A stretch of DNA of 20,000 nt from positions 51,236 through 71,235 of the IMG/VR virus record IMGVR_UViG_2860819427_000001; one strand, given 5' to 3'. The translations under genes and the position numbers were made by a program. The DNA is from an uncultured virus (IMG/VR IMGVR_UViG_2860819427_000001). Taxonomy: Duplodnaviria; Heunggongvirae; Uroviricota; Caudoviricetes. Under the pieces are notes generated by a model, which ran no database searches, had not been told where the DNA came from, and saw only the letters and a program-made list of their open reading frames with translations. Position 1 is the stretch's first letter. Each line of letters begins with the position of its first letter. Shown here piece by piece: positions 17,356 to 20,000 of this stretch.

Positions 17356-17562
17356 TTAGTCACGGATTTCGAATAGCTCGTTCATGTCCGTGATGCCTAA
17401 TCCTTTAGCAACTTTGGCGACATGCTCACGATTTATTGTACTGCGTTGGTTTGCGCAAAGTTCAGAAATTACATTATTTCTTACACCGACCTCTTCGGCA
17501 AATTTCATTTTCTTTATTCCACGTTTGTCCAAAATTTCCTCAAGCTTTATATAAAGGCGCAT
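17356..17562 (-). CDS. Xre/Cro-C1 helix-turn-helix transcriptional regulator
   Basis: IKLEEILDKRGI..MKFAEEVGVRNNVISELCAN; RBS AGGGGTG favours ATG 17562 over GTG 17571. Confidence 0.85.
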   Translation of the reverse strand: MRLYIKLEEILDKRGIKKMKFAEEVGVRNNVISELCANQRSTINREHVAKVAKGLGITDMNELFEIRD

Positions 17563-17591
17563 TTCTTCCACCCCTAATGTTTGATGAGTTA

Positions 17592-17679
17592 ATTCTATCG
17601 CGATATCGATATTTTGTAAATAAAATTATTGACATATCGATAATTAGTTAATATTATTCAATTAACGATATATCGATAA
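17592..17679. promoter_or_regulatory. Divergent sigma-A promoters with three TATCGATA palindromic operators
   Basis: Rightward TTGACA(17629)-N17-TATTAT(17652); leftward TTTACA(17620)-N17-TAGAAT(17597); TATCGATA at 17604, 17635 and 17671. Confidence 0.7.
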
Positions 17680-17698
17680 AGGGGAAAGAGGTGCCTAA

Positions 17699-18484
17699 AT
17701 GTATTACTTAGCGGAGCATCAAACGTTCGACTCAACGGCTGCCCTAAACGTGGCAGTCTACGAGCACATTAAGCGCAATACATACGATCTGAACGACACC
17801 GACCGCCAAGCGCTGAAGAAGATCGCCCGGTATGCGGTTAAGTTCAGCGGGGCGGCGCATCTGAAGGCGGAAACACTGGCGGATCTCATCGGTAAGTCCG
17901 TCAAGACTGCGCGGCGGGCCCTAAATAAATTGGCGACGCTCGGCATCGTTAAGAAAATCGCAACAACTCGGAAGATAAACGGAGGGAAGGGCGCGAACAT
18001 AATCGTGATCCTGCCGGTAGATGACCAGTCGATAATGTCCAATCGCGGACAAGCCGAAAAGCCAACGGAGACAGCGGCCGCGGCGCCGAAAACGGAAAAG
18101 GAACCATCGGATTCTATTAAGCGTTCTAAAAACAAAAATAACGTATTAGATACGGCACCTGTGCCGGCTGAAGCGTTAAAAGGCGCATTGCCTGACGAAA
18201 TATTTACCGCGATGTCTCGCTACTTTGACGCAGAGGATATTTATAAATACTACGGGATTTTACTTCGCGCTAAGGCAAGCGTAGACAGAACGATCAGACT
18301 CGAAGAACATGCGGCGCCTTTCGTTGAAGCGTGGCACGCAACGATTCTGAAAGCGAAAACGCACGAAATTAGGCGTTTCGACGATTACCTATACGCAGGG
18401 TTCAGGAAGGCGGCTTGGACCGTTAAGGCGCGCTTAAATCGTGGGGGATCGCTTATGGATCGTTTCAGGCAGGCGTTTGAATAA
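17699..18484 (+). CDS. Winged helix-turn-helix protein, replication-initiator-like (HTH_36-type N-terminus), att-adjacent
   Basis: LKAETLADLIGKSVKTARRALNKLATLGIVKK...GGKGANI; low-complexity linker; helical C-terminal domain; RBS GAGGTG. Confidence 0.75.
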   Translation: MYYLAEHQTFDSTAALNVAVYEHIKRNTYDLNDTDRQALKKIARYAVKFSGAAHLKAETLADLIGKSVKTARRALNKLATLGIVKKIATTRKINGGKGANIIVILPVDDQSIMSNRGQAEKPTETAAAAPKTEKEPSDSIKRSKNKNNVLDTAPVPAEALKGALPDEIFTAMSRYFDAEDIYKYYGILLRAKASVDRTIRLEEHAAPFVEAWHATILKAKTHEIRRFDDYLYAGFRKAAWTVKARLNRGGSLMDRFRQAFE

Positions 18485-18563
18485 AATCGCGGGTTACGGT
18501 TCGAGGACTTGCGCGGTGGCGGTGCTATACGCTATAATTCGGAATATCGAAATAAAAACCGTA

Positions 18564-18622
18564 TGACTTAACGATGACTTAACGCTGATATACCAACGTT
18601 TGACTTACCGACTGACTTATCG
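18564..18622 (+). repeat. Four direct repeats TGACTTANCG adjacent to att core
   Basis: TGACTTAACG 18564, TGACTTAACG 18575, TGACTTACCG 18601, TGACTTATCG 18613. Confidence 0.85.
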
Positions 18623-18635
18623 GATCACTTGCGGA

Positions 18636-18681
18636 TACCTTGACAGGGTAGAGGTCGCTGGTTCGAGCCCAGTCGGAATCA
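18636..18681 (+). other. Attachment site core (attR): 3' part of tRNA-Val(GAC), not a complete tRNA
   Basis: TACCTTGACAGGGTAGAGGTCGCTGGTTCGAGCCCAGTCGGAATCA contains the anticodon arm (GAC), T arm and 3' acceptor strand; 5' half absent. Confidence 0.9.
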
Positions 18682-18687
18682 TAGCCG

Positions 18688-18713
18688 AAACCCTTGCTAC
18701 GCAAGGGTTTTTT
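18688..18713 (+). terminator. Terminator downstream of the tRNA fragment
   Basis: AAACCCTTGC-TAC-GCAAGGGTTT-TTT. Confidence 0.8.
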
Positions 18714-18918
18714 AATTTCCCTTAATAAAGCCGGTTTATCAAATTCGTAAGTTGTTGGCGAACTTGATTTTTTGGCTAGAAATTTATTGTCCGTATCTCT
18801 TTTTAGGGTCAAAATTGTTGAAAAGTTCAGCTAGTGATGCCGTCAAGTAGATCCAAACCGCACTGTCGGTATTGCATTTCTATCCGGATAAGAAAGCCAA
18901 AAACTTCGGTATCAATAT

Positions 18919-18948
18919 AAAAAGACCCTCCATAAAATGGGGGCCTTT
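18919..18948 (-). terminator. Terminator of toxin-immunity operon
   Basis: Minus strand AAAGGCCCCCAT-TTT-ATGGAGGGTCTTTTT right after the immunity stop codon. Confidence 0.7.
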
Positions 18949-18959
18949 CAGTGTTTCTT

Positions 18960-19250
18960 TTAAATAGCCTCTTTTAGTTGTTCTATTACACTTTTTAACC
19001 ATTCTATAGGCGGTAAGCCAATTGTCGGGAAATATATTTCTGCATTACACTTTATAATGTCTTCCTTTTCTTCTTTAGTTAGATCGCTATTTAGAAACTC
19101 TTCGCAATACTTTACTGTAAATAGCAAACCTTCTTTACTAATTTCCTCAATAAATTCGTCTAAGGCGTGTTCAGGGGATTGGATATCTTGATGAAATGTT
19201 GCACCTAAAAAATTTTCTAATTCATCTAAGAAATCATACCTTTCATCCAT
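18960..19250 (-). CDS. CdiI-type immunity protein (contact-dependent inhibition immunity family)
   Basis: 96 aa acidic protein MDERYDFLDELENFLGATFHQD...WL; own RBS (GAGAGGAAG); downstream of the RNase toxin. Confidence 0.85.
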   Translation of the reverse strand: MDERYDFLDELENFLGATFHQDIQSPEHALDEFIEEISKEGLLFTVKYCEEFLNSDLTKEEKEDIIKCNAEIYFPTIGLPPIEWLKSVIEQLKEAI

Positions 19251-19266
19251 GATACTTCCTCTCTTT

Positions 19267-20000
19267 CTATTTGGTTGGATATCCTGTAAGAATAAAGTTA
19301 CCGTTATTATCTTTTTGAGTATAATTTTTGCGTTTGTAACGTTTTCTACTAGTTCTGAATTTCTTGATACGCTTTTGCCGATTATTTCTCCATCGCCCTT
19401 GTATCTTAACATTAATTTAGGTTTTTTAGGATCATCAATCCAATTTTCGATTTTCTTTATATTTTTTGGATCGTTTAAAACTGAATTAGCAATTCTTTCA
19501 GCGGTAGCCCTATCTTTAAAAGTAGATGAAGCTGTAATATGTGGGTTAGGATCAGTTTTCAGTCTTTCTATTAATTCTTTATCTGTTTTCCCAACATGTC
19601 TTTCTATAAGATGTCCGCCTTTTGCTTCATGAGCAGCTAAACCCCCGCCTGGTGCGAGAGGACTGCTGTCTCCTTGTTTAACACTATGTATGCCGTTATT
19701 GTCAGAAGTCACAGATTTACTGAGAACACTCTCTTTCTGATCTTCAATAATACTTTTCAACAAAGGCGTATTTTTCACATTGTGAGTATTTTCAATATCC
19801 TGTGCTATTCCGGCAAGCGCGGGTTCGTACTTGTTTTTCGAAAAGGACTTGATGTAGTTTTGTCCTTTTTCAATCCCGGTTTTTACATGTTTTGCAGCTG
19901 CTTTTTCTCCGGCTTCCAAGACGTTATCCACTTTGGCTGCACCTGTTTTAGCGAGCTTGCTTGATACTTTTACAGCTGAGCCGGAACCTTTGAGTCCCAC
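19267..20000 (-). pseudogene. C-terminal part of LXG/T7SS-type polymorphic toxin with CdiA-CT RNase A-like domain; frameshifted near its 3' end; 5' end outside the window
   Basis: GLAAHEAKGGHLIERHVGKTDKEL...ASSTF; the expected end KKDNNGNFILTGYPTK* (TAG at 19267-19269) lies in the -1 frame from the A5 run at 19312-19316. Confidence 0.8.

Larger units (their letters stand above)
1..18681 (+). mobile_element. Prophage (siphovirus-type, Bacillus), late operon to right attachment site; extends left of the window
   Basis: Contiguous head-tail-lysis gene order on +, ending at a tRNA-Val 3' fragment (att core); composition becomes more AT-rich beyond it. Confidence 0.95.

Noticed and set aside
18564..18622. 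Mini CRISPR array
   Set aside because: Repeats are only 10 bp with 1-16 bp gaps; no cas genes
18610..18681. Complete functional tRNA-Val
   Set aside because: The 5' acceptor strand and D arm are missing; upstream bases are the phage repeats
18579..18812. 77-aa minus-strand ORF
   Set aside because: Spans the att core, tRNA fragment and terminator; a typical antisense-tRNA artefact
18960..20000. Single ordinary 346-aa gene starting at GTG 20000, as in the ORF track
   Set aside because: The start is probably a window-edge artefact, and the ORF joins a toxin and an immunity gene through a frameshift

Overview
Bases 1-18681 are the right-hand part of a temperate Bacillus (subtilis/amyloliquefaciens-group-like) siphovirus-type prophage. 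Gene order on +: scaffold end, major capsid, SPP1 gp12-like collagen decoration protein, head-tail connectors, major tail, tail chaperone with a -1 frameshift, tape measure, a glucosaminidase-Dit fusion, Tal-like protein, phi29 gp12-like appendage, BppU/fibre, XkdW/XkdX-like proteins, BhlA, amidase endolysin and holin. An accessory/regulatory block follows: a membrane moron, an SOS-boxed solo yolD, an Xre gene divergent from a Rep-like winged-HTH gene, and four 10-bp direct repeats. The prophage ends at an att core identical to the 3' part of tRNA-Val(GAC). Beyond it, an AT-rich flank carries the C-terminus of an LXG/T7SS-type polymorphic toxin (RNase A-like) and a CdiI-type immunity gene. A 1-nt frame change in an A5 run fuses the toxin to the immunity protein and moves the toxin's C-terminal ILTGYP motif out of frame. 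Family assignments come from motif recognition and gene order, not from database searches.
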